From the NCBI GenBank assembly GCA_965198065.1, contig CBDAON010000004.1:2112001-2176000 (forward strand): a stretch of 64,000 nucleotides of DNA. Reading direction: 5' to 3'. Made by a program: the position numbers and the translations under genes. Positions 8,638 to 18,058 of the stretch are shown piece by piece; the first letter of the stretch is position 1; every line of letters starts with the position of its first letter. The notes under the pieces are model-generated. The model did not search any database and had not been told where the DNA came from. It worked only from the letters and a program-made list of their open reading frames with translations. This stretch comes from Longimicrobiales bacterium (lineage in GTDB: Bacteria; Gemmatimonadota; Gemmatimonadetes; Longimicrobiales; Gaopeijiaceae).

Positions 8638-9657
8638 CTACTCCATGATCCCGCCGGTTGCCCTGAGCTTGACGGCCATGGCGCAGTATCGGGTAACGTT
8701 GAAGTAGTTGACTACGGTCTCGGTCCCGAGGAAATACGGGTTTCGAATGTCGCCGCTCGTGCGTGCCGCGGCTGCATGGGCCCTGAAGTAGCTGTTGTCG
8801 AACTCGGTATGGTTCGACATAAGCGCTACCGCACCGTAAGCGGCTGCGGCGTCCCGGACTTTGGTGGCGGAGGCGATGTACCGGTCGTAGTACGCCGGAT
8901 CGGGATTCGTGAACGAGATCGCCGTTCCCCCCGAATATGCGACCCGGATGGGCTGCCCGTTGTCCCTGAACTCGAACAGGAATGACATCGTGCCCGGCGT
9001 ATGTCCGGGCATGGTGACGATCTGCACCGAAACGTCCCCGACCGAGATCACGCGGCCGTCGGTGCCGTCGTTCTCCGGGCCGCTACGCACCGCGTGAGGA
9101 GATGTGCGAGCTTCGACTGCCGGCCAGTCACCCTCGCCGTACACGATGGTGACGCCGGGAATCGTCTCCTGCAGGTACCTCGCGCCCCCGTCGTGGTCGC
9201 CGTGTGCGTGAGCGAGCAGGACGTAGCGGATGTTGTTCGGATTGAGGCCGAGCCGGCTCAGCCCGCCAGTGATCTCATCGGGCGTCGCGTACTCGTAAAG
9301 CGTGTCGATGATGATGATCTCGCCCGTGTTGGCGACGAGCGCGAACGAGTTGTGAGCCCTCGTGCCGAGGAAGTAGAAGTTATCGCCGATCCGGGCCGGC
9401 TCGGCGTACCAGTTCTCACGGGGAGGCGGGCCCCCTCCACCCCCGCCCCTACCGCCAGTCCTCGGAGGCGGCTGCACGCAAAGGCGGAGGAACGTTCCCG
9501 GAAAGGCCAAGCCTGCTGCGGCCTTGGCGGCCGACTGCAGTCCCTCGACGGTATTCGGCAACGCGGCTGCACCCGGCGCCTGCTGCCCCACCACCGAGGT
9601 GGCGCCCAAGCCCACGAGCAGCACGAGCGCGCCGATGGAAAACGCTGATCTCATCAT
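8638..9657 (-). CDS. Secreted metallo-beta-lactamase-fold hydrolase (subclass B3-like)
   Basis: Signal peptide; HAHGDH metal motif, PGHTPG, late His in SNH; SD GGAGG. Confidence 0.8.
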   Translation of the reverse strand: MMRSAFSIGALVLLVGLGATSVVGQQAPGAAALPNTVEGLQSAAKAAAGLAFPGTFLRLCVQPPPRTGGRGGGGGGPPPRENWYAEPARIGDNFYFLGTRAHNSFALVANTGEIIIIDTLYEYATPDEITGGLSRLGLNPNNIRYVLLAHAHGDHDGGARYLQETIPGVTIVYGEGDWPAVEARTSPHAVRSGPENDGTDGRVISVGDVSVQIVTMPGHTPGTMSFLFEFRDNGQPIRVAYSGGTAISFTNPDPAYYDRYIASATKVRDAAAAYGAVALMSNHTEFDNSYFRAHAAAARTSGDIRNPYFLGTETVVNYFNVTRYCAMAVKLRATGGIME

Positions 9658-10061
9658 GTTCCTCCCTCCGTTTTTGGTAAGATGAAGCTACTGGCCGTCT
9701 TCGCACATCAGCAAGGGATGAAGACTCACGTCGCCGTCAGACCGCGAGCCCCCGACGGCTACTCGTGGGACCGGCCTCCGCCACGGGAGGTCTCCAGGCG
9801 GGGGGTGCGGCGCGCCACGCGGCGGTGGTTGCCGGAGGATGGGACGGCAGGTGAGGGGCGGCAAGGATGGGAGGCCACCAAGCCTACCTAGCTCCTGTCG
9901 CAGACCGCGCGCGCGACCGTGGCCTGGAGCCCCATGGCCTTCCTCCGCTTCACTTCCCGGAAGCCCCCCATTACCTTGAAACGCTCTGTTTCCGCGGTGG
10001 ATAGGGGCCGAGGGGTGCTGAAACGCGCCCGAAGGGAGGCTTCCGTTGGGTTCTCCGATCC

Positions 10062-11282
10062 ATGTTCGATGAGCTGAGCGGGAAGCTCGACTCCGTTCTA
10101 GGACGGTTCCGGGAGCGCGGCGTCCTCACGGAGCCGATGATCCGGGACGGCCTCCGCGAGATCCGCCGGGTCCTCCTCGAGGCGGACGTGAACTACGCGG
10201 TGACGCGCGGGTTCCTCGACCGCGTTCAGGAGAAAGCGCTCGGCGAAGCTGTATTGAAGGCCGTCTCCCCCGGTCAGCAGATAGTGAAGATCGTCCGCGA
10301 CGAGCTCGCGGCCCTGCTCGGAGACGAGTCGCCCCGGATCCGCTGGGCTGGCCGGCCTCCCACCGTCATCCTCGTGGTGGGCCTCCAGGGGTCGGGGAAG
10401 ACGACGACGGCCGGGAAGCTCGCGCGAAGGTTCAAGAGCGAAGGGCGGGAGCCGATGCTCGCGGCGTGCGACCTCCAGAGACCGGCCGCCGTGGAGCAGC
10501 TCCGGACCCTCGCTGGCCGGATCGGCGTGGACTTCCACGGGGGCGAGCCGCGCGGCGACCCCGTCGAGGTCGCGACTGACGCCCTCCGTCTCGCGCGCGA
10601 GCGAAGAAAGGCGGTGCTCCTGGTGGATACCGCGGGTCGGCTCCAGGTGGACGAGCCGATGATGGACGAGATCCGGAGCGTCCGCGCGGCGCTCGACCCC
10701 GACGAGATCCTGCTCATCGCTGACGCGATGACGGGGCAGGAGGCGGTCCGGATCGCCGGGGGGTTCGACCAGGCCCTCGAGGGGCTCGACGACCTGGACC
10801 GGGCGGATCCCCAGAGGTTGGCCGATCGGATTCTCCAGCGCGGGGATGTCGTGGGGCTCGTGGAGCGGGCCGAACGAGCCTTCGACGCGGAGGAGGCGAA
10901 GAAGATCGAGGGAAGGGTGCTCGGTGGTGGCAGGTTCACGCTCGAGGACTTCCTAACTGCCATCGTACAGGTGAGGAAGATGGGCCCCCTCGGCGAGCTC
11001 ATGAAGCTGATTCTCGGCGTCGCGCTCCTGGGCCCGACGACGGACGCCGATCCCAACCGGATCAAACACGTCGAGGCGATCATCCTCTCCATGACGCGGA
11101 AGGAGAGGCGGCGGCCGGAGATCCTGAACGGATCCAGGCGGGCCCGGATCGCCCGGGGGAGCGGTCGGTCGATTGCGGAGGTGAACCGCCTACTCAAACA
11201 GTTCAGGGAACTGCAGAAGGTCATGAAGCAGATGAGGGGGATGCAGGGGGTGCGGCGCATGCCGGGCCTCCTGCCTCGCTGA
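10062..11282 (+). CDS. ffh: Signal recognition particle protein, with an apparent in-frame internal deletion
   Basis: GLQGSGKTT, DLQRPAA, DTAGR, M-domain SRRARIARGSG; the TKLD/DARGG segment is missing near 10780. Confidence 0.9.
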   Translation: MFDELSGKLDSVLGRFRERGVLTEPMIRDGLREIRRVLLEADVNYAVTRGFLDRVQEKALGEAVLKAVSPGQQIVKIVRDELAALLGDESPRIRWAGRPPTVILVVGLQGSGKTTTAGKLARRFKSEGREPMLAACDLQRPAAVEQLRTLAGRIGVDFHGGEPRGDPVEVATDALRLARERRKAVLLVDTAGRLQVDEPMMDEIRSVRAALDPDEILLIADAMTGQEAVRIAGGFDQALEGLDDLDRADPQRLADRILQRGDVVGLVERAERAFDAEEAKKIEGRVLGGGRFTLEDFLTAIVQVRKMGPLGELMKLILGVALLGPTTDADPNRIKHVEAIILSMTRKERRRPEILNGSRRARIARGSGRSIAEVNRLLKQFRELQKVMKQMRGMQGVRRMPGLLPR

Positions 11283-11375
11283 CAGCGGTCGGCCGCGTAA
11301 CTAGCGAGCGACTCATCCGAGCGGGCCGCTCATCAGAACGAGCCGCTCGCCCAACTGAGAGGAAGAGAACGAGCC

Positions 11376-12008
11376 ATGGCAGTCCGCATCCGACTCCGGC
11401 GACTGGGCCGGAAAAAGAAGCCCCACTATCGGGTCGTCGTGACCGACCGTGCGGCGCCTAGGGAAGGGCGGTTCATCGAGACGCTGGGGCATTACCGGCC
11501 TCTCATGAACCCGGCTCGCCTCGTGCTCGACCTGGAGCGCGTGGACTATTGGATCGGGCAGGGCGCCGTGCCCTCCGAGACCGTGCACTCCCTGATCGAG
11601 AAGGCCCGCAAGGGAGGGGACGACTCCCTCGCCATCGGCGACGTAAACCTCGAGGAGGAACGAGCGAGGAAGACGGAGGCACTCGCCGCTAAACGGGAGG
11701 CCGAGGCGGCGAAGGCGGCGGCCTCGGTGGAGGCGAGGGTGGTGGCGGCCGAGGAGACCGCCCCGGTGGAAGTGGAGGAGGAGGCGGCCGAGGAGACCAC
11801 TGCGGTGGAAGCGAAGGAGGAGGCGGCCGAGGAGACCGCCGCGGCGGAAGCGGAGGTGGCGACGGACGAGGAGACCGCTGCGGTGGAAGCGAAGGAGGCA
11901 GAGGCCCAGGAGACCGCCGCTCAGGAGGGTCCGGACGAGGCGAGCGGGGGGGAGGGCGATGCCGAGGAGGAGGCCGACTCCAGCGAAGAGGCGTCGGAGG
12001 AGGCCTAG
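11376..12008 (+). CDS. rpsP: 30S ribosomal protein S16 with long acidic C-terminal tail
   Basis: MAVRIRLRRLGRKKKPHYRVVV, GAVPSETV; canonical ffh-rpsP-rimM-trmD-rplS order. Confidence 0.96.
   Translation: MAVRIRLRRLGRKKKPHYRVVVTDRAAPREGRFIETLGHYRPLMNPARLVLDLERVDYWIGQGAVPSETVHSLIEKARKGGDDSLAIGDVNLEEERARKTEALAAKREAEAAKAAASVEARVVAAEETAPVEVEEEAAEETTAVEAKEEAAEETAAAEAEVATDEETAAVEAKEAEAQETAAQEGPDEASGGEGDAEEEADSSEEASEEA
11745..11900 (+). repeat. Degenerate ~39-nt tandem repeat (about 4 copies) in the rpsP tail
   Basis: Units of type gcggccgaggagacc...gtggaagcgaaggaggag, encoding AAEETxxVExxEE. Confidence 0.75.
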
Positions 12009-12030
12009 TTCGGGTCGCCCCGGTCGAACG

Positions 12031-12579
12031 ATGCCTCCCGCCGCTGGCGATCCCGAGTACCTCGTGGTGGGGCACGTCGCCAAGCCGCACGGAATGAAAG
12101 GAGAGGTGTTCGTCTCGCCCCTCACCGAACAGCCGGACGCCATCTACGCGCCCGGTACCCGCCTCCACTTCGCCGATGCCGAAGGGAGAACCCCCGACCC
12201 TGGGCTTCCCGAGGCCCGCATCGCCGAGGTCCGGGCCTATCGAAGAGGGTTCCTGGTTCGCTTCGACGGGACCCGTGACCGCGACGGCGCCGACCTCCTC
12301 CGGGACCGGTACCTGCTCCGCCCGTTTGAGGAGGTCGAGCCGCCCGGCGAGGGGGAGCTCTTCTATCACCAGCTCCTCGGAATGTCGGTGGTCACCCGCG
12401 AAGGGGAGGACGTAGGGACGATCCGAGAGGTCTACGCGCTCCGCCCCGCGGCTCTGCTGGACATCCACGGACCTGACGGCGAGCGCCTGATCCCGTTCAC
12501 GCGGGAGATCGTGGTTGGGTGGGACCTTGGGGCGGGGAAGCTCACGATCGATCCGCTTCCCGGGCTCCTGGATCTCTAG
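12031..12579 (+). CDS. rimM: Ribosome maturation factor RimM
   Basis: VGHVAKPHGMKGEV, YHQLLG, LIPF, IDPLPGLLD; synteny. Confidence 0.93.
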   Translation: MPPAAGDPEYLVVGHVAKPHGMKGEVFVSPLTEQPDAIYAPGTRLHFADAEGRTPDPGLPEARIAEVRAYRRGFLVRFDGTRDRDGADLLRDRYLLRPFEEVEPPGEGELFYHQLLGMSVVTREGEDVGTIREVYALRPAALLDIHGPDGERLIPFTREIVVGWDLGAGKLTIDPLPGLLDL

Positions 12580-12623
12580 CGGGGTCGCCGACCCGCCGAG
12601 CCGCCTTCCCTCGAGGGCCCACC

Positions 12624-13316
12624 GTGCGAATCCACGTTGTCACGATCTTCCCCGAGTACTTCCGGGAGCCGCTGGCCACGAGCATCCTGGGCCGTGCCCA
12701 GGCCACCGGCGCCGTCGAGTATCGGGTCGTCGATCTCCGGGACTTCACGCACGACCGTCACCGGACGGTGGACGATGTGCCGTACGGAGGTGGCGCCGGG
12801 ATGGTCATGAAGCCAGAGCCGTACTTCGAGGCGGTGGACCACCTCCAGCCGAAGGGTCCGATCGTGCTGCTTTCATCCAGGGGAAGGTTGTTCCGCCACG
12901 AGGAGGCCGTTTGGCTTTCGCTCGAGCCCGAAGTGACACTTCTCTGCGGGCACTACAAGGACGTGGATCAGCGGGTCGCGGAGCACCTCGCGACCGAGGA
13001 GCTCTCGATCGGCGACTTCGTCCTGTCCGGGGGCGAGCCGGCCGCGCTGGTCGTCACGGACGCGGTGGTCCGACTGCTCCCGGGGGTGCTGGGCGACCAC
13101 GAGTCCGCCTCGTCGGATTCGTTCTACGACGAGCCGCTCCTCAGCGTGCCCTCGTGGACACGCCCCCCCGAGTATCGGGGGCACACGGTTCCGGACGTCC
13201 TCCGGGAGGGCGACCACCAGAAGGTCGAGGCGTTTCGCCGCGCGCTCGCCGAGGAGATCACACGGCGAAGACGGCCGGACCTGTGGGAGCGGTTCGGGAA
13301 GGGGCGGAACGCCTGA
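12624..13316 (+). CDS. trmD: tRNA (guanine37-N1)-methyltransferase
   Basis: VTIFPE, DDVPYGGGAGMVMK, SIGDFVLSGGE, TRPPEY. Confidence 0.96.
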   Translation: MRIHVVTIFPEYFREPLATSILGRAQATGAVEYRVVDLRDFTHDRHRTVDDVPYGGGAGMVMKPEPYFEAVDHLQPKGPIVLLSSRGRLFRHEEAVWLSLEPEVTLLCGHYKDVDQRVAEHLATEELSIGDFVLSGGEPAALVVTDAVVRLLPGVLGDHESASSDSFYDEPLLSVPSWTRPPEYRGHTVPDVLREGDHQKVEAFRRALAEEITRRRRPDLWERFGKGRNA

Positions 13317-13424
13317 ACCGCGTGGCGCAGCCGGGGCAAGCCCGCCCTTCACCGCCGTCCGCGCCCGGGTTATAATCGTCTTCTTCCATAACCGCGCGTA
13401 CGCGGAAAACCGATGGGGGCGACC

Positions 13425-13775
13425 ATGGCGGACCTTCTCAGGCAGTTGCAGGAGGAGCATCAGAGGGAAGAGACGCCGGAATTCGCCCCGGGTGACACCG
13501 TGCGCGTCCTCTATCGGGTTCGCGAGGGGGATAAGGAGCGGATCCAGGTGTTCGAGGGCGTCTGCCTGGGCCGTCGAGGCGGCGGCATGGGCGAGTCGTT
13601 CATGGTCCGGAAGGTCTCGGCGGGGATCGGAGTCGAGCGCATCTTCCCGCTCCATTCTCCGTTCGTGAAAGGGATCGAGGTGGTCCGCAGGGGGCGCGTC
13701 CGGCGCGCGAAGCTCTACTACCTGCGCGGCCTACGCGGAAGAAAAGCCCGCATCCAGGAAAAGCGCGAGGCCTGA
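13425..13775 (+). CDS. rplS: 50S ribosomal protein L19
   Basis: [34 protein letters not shown]; a TATAAT lies upstream near 13371. Confidence 0.97.
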   Translation: MADLLRQLQEEHQREETPEFAPGDTVRVLYRVREGDKERIQVFEGVCLGRRGGGMGESFMVRKVSAGIGVERIFPLHSPFVKGIEVVRRGRVRRAKLYYLRGLRGRKARIQEKREA

Positions 13776-13791
13776 GCCCGGGGCGTCGACC

Positions 13792-14505
13792 ATGGGTCGG
13801 GTCTCGTCAGGTTGGGAGGATCCGGGTCCCGGAGGGTGGCGACCTGCGAGGCGGCGCGGCGCCGAGCCGGCATCGGGGCGCGACGGTTCCCCGGCGCGCG
13901 ATCCCCTCGAGTACGAGCGCGGGATCTGGGGCCGGGGCGTGGCCTGGCTCGCGGGGGTGGACGAGGCGGGACGCGGGCCGCTCGCGGGCCCGGTGGTGGC
14001 CGCGGCCGTTGTCCTTCCCCGGGGAAGCCACGTGGAGGGGGCCGCTGACTCGAAGACCCTTCCCGCCGCCGCCCGGGAGGACTTCTACCACCGGATCCTG
14101 GCCGCCTCGCTCGCCGTCGGCGTGGGCGCCGCCTCGGTCCGCGAGATCGATCGAATGAACATCCTGAAGGCGACGTCCCGGGCCATGGATCGGGCCGTGA
14201 GGGGCCTCCGGCGCGCTCCCGAGCACATCGTGGTGGATGGCCTCCCCGTGCGCGGCGTGAGCTGGGAGCACGAAGCGGTGGTGGGCGGCGACGAGATCGT
14301 TCACTCGGTCGCCTGCGCCTCGATCGTGGCGAAGGTGCTGCGCGATCGCCTTATGTGCCTGCTCGCCCGCAGGTACCCGGAGTACGGCTGGGAGACCAAC
14401 ATGGGGTACGCGACCCGGCAGCACATTCGCGCCCTGGACGAGTTTGGCCTGTCACCCCACCATCGGGTGACATTCCGTGAGCAGTTGGATCTGGGATTGG
14501 GCTGA
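13792..14505 (+). CDS. rnhB: Ribonuclease HII
   Basis: AGVDEAGRGPLAGPV, DSK, ASIVAKVLRD, NMGY, HRVTF. Confidence 0.95.
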   Translation: MGRVSSGWEDPGPGGWRPARRRGAEPASGRDGSPARDPLEYERGIWGRGVAWLAGVDEAGRGPLAGPVVAAAVVLPRGSHVEGAADSKTLPAAAREDFYHRILAASLAVGVGAASVREIDRMNILKATSRAMDRAVRGLRRAPEHIVVDGLPVRGVSWEHEAVVGGDEIVHSVACASIVAKVLRDRLMCLLARRYPEYGWETNMGYATRQHIRALDEFGLSPHHRVTFREQLDLGLG

Positions 14506-14524
14506 GCGAATCGGACGGGTTCGA

Positions 14525-14597
14525 GCCTCCGTAGCTTAACTGGTAAAGCAACCGCCTTTTAAGCGGTAGACACCAGGTTCGAGTCCTGGCGGGGGCA
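14525..14597 (+). tRNA. tRNA-Lys (anticodon TTT), CCA not encoded
   Basis: Acceptor GCCTCCG/CGGGGGC, D arm GCTT/AAGC, anticodon arm ACCGC-CTTTTAA-GCGGT, T arm CCAGG-TTCGAGT-CCTGG, discriminator A; 73 nt. Confidence 0.93.
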
Positions 14598-14760
14598 CTG
14601 AAGGGTCGATCGGGAGGCGGCTAGGGTCCACGACGAAACCCAGCCGCTCGCCCTTCTCGCGGATTCGTTGATCGAGTGAGAAAAAGCGGAACTCGGGAAC
14701 GTGGGCTCGAGCTTTCCTTCCGGATGCACTTTCGTCCGCGGGACGTCATCAGATGATGTC

Positions 14761-14799
14761 AGAAGAAAAGGCGGCCGGCCCCGAATAGGACCGGCCGCC
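14761..14799 (-). terminator. Intrinsic terminator of the NHL-repeat gene
   Basis: 9-bp stem ggcggccgg/ccggccgcc followed on the minus strand by ttttcttct. Confidence 0.7.
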
Positions 14800-14827
14800 C
14801 CCGCCCTCGGATGGCTCCTACGTCGGA

Positions 14828-16096
14828 TCAGGTCCCGCCGTTCAGACGGATGAACTTCTGCACCCGGTGGCCGCTCGACACCTCACCCGTGTACATGTTG
14901 CCCTGGGAGTCGAAGGCCATGTAGTGCAGCCAGTCGAACTGCCCGGCCTGTATCCTGCCGCGGCCCCACGAGTACACGACCTCGAGCGTCTGACGATCGA
15001 GCGTCCAGACCTTGTTGTTGGTCCCGTCCGGCACGTAGATGAAGCGCTGCTCGGTGTCCAGCGGATCGAACTCCACCTCCCAGGTGGACCCGGGTCCGAA
15101 CGTGTCGGGCGCGAGAACGCCCTCCTGGACGAACGTGCCGTCCTTCTGGAAGACCTGGATCCGGTTGCTCGGCCGGTCCGTCACGTAGACGAGACCGTCG
15201 TTCGAGATGGCCACGCCGTGAACCGGCGTCCGCCACGTCCGGGCCGGCGGCGCGTTCGGGTCGTACGGCCCGGGGTTCTCGTCCACCGGCGCCTCACCGT
15301 AGGCGCCCCAGTGCCGAAGGTACTCGCCCGTATCCGCGTTCCAGACCGAAAGGCGACGATTCCCGTATCCGTCCGCGACGAAGATCTCGTTCGTCGTCGG
15401 GTCCACCTCCATGACCGAGGCCCGGTTCACGGAATCCGTATCATTGCTCCCTTCGTTCATTCCCACGGCACCGATCTGGAGCACTAGCTCGCCTTCCTGG
15501 GTGAACTTCATCATGTGGTGGTCGTCACCGCCGTTCCCGGCGACCCAGATGAAGCCGTTGTGATCCGCGTGGATGCCGTGCTCGTTGTTGAACCACACGT
15601 ACTCACCGGTCGGGCTGTCGCCGCCCCACGCCTGGATCACGTTCCCCTCGGGGTCGAACCCGATCACGGGAGGCGCGGTGGTGCAGCAGAGGGACACGAG
15701 GGGATCGCTGCCCCACACGTTGTCCCGAGACGTCTGGGGGGGTGTCGATCCGCCGTTCGTGCCCTGGACGGTGTGCGGCCGATGGATGATCCAGAGGTTG
15801 TCGTTGCTGTCTACCGAGGTCCCGGCAACCTGGCCGATAATCCAGTTGTTGGGCAACGGTTGGGGCCAGAAGGGGTCCACCGCGAACTGCGCCACGCCCT
15901 CTGGCACCTGCGGCCCCGAGGCGTCCGGCGGCATGTTGGGCATCCCGGTCAGCACCCCCTGGGGCGCGCCGCCCGCGGCGCCGCCTCCGGCAGTGTCTCC
16001 GGCCTCGCACCCGGAGAGCAGCACCCCCGACGAGAGCGCGATGCCCAGCCACAGGGAGGGCCCTACGACCCGCTGACCTCTCGAGACTCCTCGCAT
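14828..16096 (-). CDS. NHL-repeat beta-propeller lipoprotein (peptidyl-alpha-hydroxyglycine lyase-like)
   Basis: Lipobox LSGC; VDPFWPQPLPNNW, HGI, VADGYGNRR, VYVTDRPSNRIQVF; SD AGGAGG before ATG 16096. Confidence 0.8.
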   Translation of the reverse strand: MRGVSRGQRVVGPSLWLGIALSSGVLLSGCEAGDTAGGGAAGGAPQGVLTGMPNMPPDASGPQVPEGVAQFAVDPFWPQPLPNNWIIGQVAGTSVDSNDNLWIIHRPHTVQGTNGGSTPPQTSRDNVWGSDPLVSLCCTTAPPVIGFDPEGNVIQAWGGDSPTGEYVWFNNEHGIHADHNGFIWVAGNGGDDHHMMKFTQEGELVLQIGAVGMNEGSNDTDSVNRASVMEVDPTTNEIFVADGYGNRRLSVWNADTGEYLRHWGAYGEAPVDENPGPYDPNAPPARTWRTPVHGVAISNDGLVYVTDRPSNRIQVFQKDGTFVQEGVLAPDTFGPGSTWEVEFDPLDTEQRFIYVPDGTNNKVWTLDRQTLEVVYSWGRGRIQAGQFDWLHYMAFDSQGNMYTGEVSSGHRVQKFIRLNGGT

Positions 16097-16182
16097 GTGC
16101 GTTTCCTCCTGGGGAGATCCATGGGCGTTCGTGCGAAAACAGTAGGGCACGGCCGAGGGTTTGACCAGCCGGTGGCCTCTCT

Positions 16183-17019
16183 TCACCGCACACCCCCTGG
16201 GAATCCCCCCTCCGCCAGCCCGGAGATTTCCGGCCTCTGGGACCACAAAATGCCCTGCACGAGAAGGACGGTGTCGTCCGTGCGTCCCTCGAGCATGCGC
16301 CTGACCGTGTCCTCGCTGAGCGTGCCCGGATCGCCCCGGGCGAGGGTCTCGGGCGATCCCACCTCCGGTCCCTGGAGCTCACCGGGGTTCGCTTCGGGGG
16401 CAGTGTCCGCAGCCTCGTCTCCAGCACCTCCCGGGTCGGCCGATTCCTCCGACCTTTGCACCGGACCCTCGGCGTCGTCCCTGGCGTCTTCCACCGGTCC
16501 TTCCTCGAACACGAGGGCCATCTCGTCGTAGATCCGCGCTGCGAGGGCGAGATTCCAGAGGGCGTTCTCGTCCTGGGGACCGATGCGGAGGGCGGCCCGA
16601 CTGTGCTCCATCGAGCTCACGAGGAGCGGCACGGCGGAGAAGGGGTCCGAGTCGACGTCGAGGCCCTCGATGAGTCGGTAGGCCAGGTTGTAGTGCGCCC
16701 TCCACACCGCTTCGGGCTCCAGTCCCTCGGTCGCCCTGAGCAGGTGGCGCTCGGCCTCCTCCGAGCCGGTCCCGAGCAGGGCCGTTCCCAGGTTGTATGA
16801 GACCAGGAGGCCCAGGGTCGTAGTGTCGTCCAACCGCGACGCGTAGACTTCCGCCGCCGCCCGGGCCCTGCCTCCACGGAAGAGCCGGTTCCCGCGCTCG
16901 AGGCTGCGCCAGTCCTTGAACACGGCGACCCCGAGCACCATCGCGACCAGGACGCCGAAGGTCCACGCGGCCCTCCGGATCCGGCGCCTCCTCTTGTGCC
17001 GGGCCCAGTCGATGCGCAT
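16183..17019 (-). CDS. Membrane-anchored TPR protein (BatC-like)
   Basis: TM helix, GNRLFR, YNLGTAL, HYNLA, ALWNLALA, acidic tail; directly after two VWA genes. Confidence 0.65.
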   Translation of the reverse strand: MRIDWARHKRRRRIRRAAWTFGVLVAMVLGVAVFKDWRSLERGNRLFRGGRARAAAEVYASRLDDTTTLGLLVSYNLGTALLGTGSEEAERHLLRATEGLEPEAVWRAHYNLAYRLIEGLDVDSDPFSAVPLLVSSMEHSRAALRIGPQDENALWNLALAARIYDEMALVFEEGPVEDARDDAEGPVQRSEESADPGGAGDEAADTAPEANPGELQGPEVGSPETLARGDPGTLSEDTVRRMLEGRTDDTVLLVQGILWSQRPEISGLAEGGFPGGVR

Positions 17020-17020
17020 C

Positions 17021-18058
17021 TCAGCCCTTCCTTCCGGAGGGCACGGGAGGCCGGCGCTCGCGCCCTTCCTCGATGAGGCTGTCGAGAAGGAAGAGGACGA
17101 GGGAGACCGCGACGAGCGCCGAGGCGAAGGTGCCTCCGGCCAGGTTCGCGGACGCGCCCACCGTGGGCGTGCGCGACTCCACGGCGCGCGCGACCCGGTC
17201 CAACCCGAACCCGTCACCAGCGCGGGCGTACTCTCCACCCCCGGCGCTGGCGATCCGCTCGAGGAGGGGCTCTTGGAGCCGCGAGATGTTCCCTCCGGAC
17301 AAGGTGGCGGAGGCCGCCCCGCCCGAACGCCGCCGGGAGGCTACCTCGTCGCCCTCCTCGGTGCCGACGCCGATCGCGTGCACGACGATGCCGCGGGCTC
17401 GAGCGTCTCGAACGGCGCCGATGACCTCGGACTCCGGCTGGCCGGCCTCCCCGTCGGACATCACGATGAGGACGCGCTCGGCCTCTCCGGGGCTCCCCTC
17501 GAGGAGCGCGACGCCCTCCCGGATGCCGGATGAGAGAAGGGAGCCCGGATCCTGCGGGCTCATCAGTGTCGGGGCCACCCCGTCCAGAAGAAACCGGACG
17601 GCACGGAGGTCGCTCGTGAGCGGGGCCAGCACGTAGCTCTTTCCCGCGAACAGGAGCACGCCGACCTGGCTCTCGTCGGCGCGATCGACCAGCTCGCGCG
17701 CGACCTCCATGGCCGTGGCCAGACGGGTCGGCTCCAGGTCGCCGGCCTGCATGGAGGTGGAGACGTCCACGGCTAGGATCACCCTCTTCGGCATTTCGGG
17801 CGCCCCGTCCACGGGCTCCTCGAGACGCTGGGGCTCTGAGGCGGCGAGGGCCACGAGCAGCGTGGCGAGGGCGAGCGCGACGATCCTCGCGTTTCGTCTC
17901 GAATAGAGGTCGAAGCGGGCCACGCGGAGCACCGCTGGCGGGCCGCCCAGGTGGTCGGCCAGGTGACGGAGGCGCCGACCCTGGCTCCGGAACCCGAGGA
18001 AGAGGAGCGCCATCACGGCCCCTCCCATCGCCAGGAGCTCCGGGTGCAGGAGCATCAC
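17021..18058 (-). CDS. VWA-domain protein (BatB-like)
   Basis: MIDAS DVSTSM, LFAG, PLTSD, SDGE, IGVGT; GTG start overlaps the batA-like stop. Confidence 0.8.
   Translation of the reverse strand: MMLLHPELLAMGGAVMALLFLGFRSQGRRLRHLADHLGGPPAVLRVARFDLYSRRNARIVALALATLLVALAASEPQRLEEPVDGAPEMPKRVILAVDVSTSMQAGDLEPTRLATAMEVARELVDRADESQVGVLLFAGKSYVLAPLTSDLRAVRFLLDGVAPTLMSPQDPGSLLSSGIREGVALLEGSPGEAERVLIVMSDGEAGQPESEVIGAVRDARARGIVVHAIGVGTEEGDEVASRRRSGGAASATLSGGNISRLQEPLLERIASAGGGEYARAGDGFGLDRVARAVESRTPTVGASANLAGGTFASALVAVSLVLFLLDSLIEEGRERRPPVPSGRKG

Noticed and set aside
9660..10061. SRP RNA (ffs) in the gap upstream of ffh
   Set aside because: The domain IV core (CAGG...GGAA...AGCAG) was not found on either strand by eye.
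14525..14597. tRNA-Lys as the attachment site of an integrated island
   Set aside because: No integrase and no duplicate of the tRNA 3' end seen within the window.
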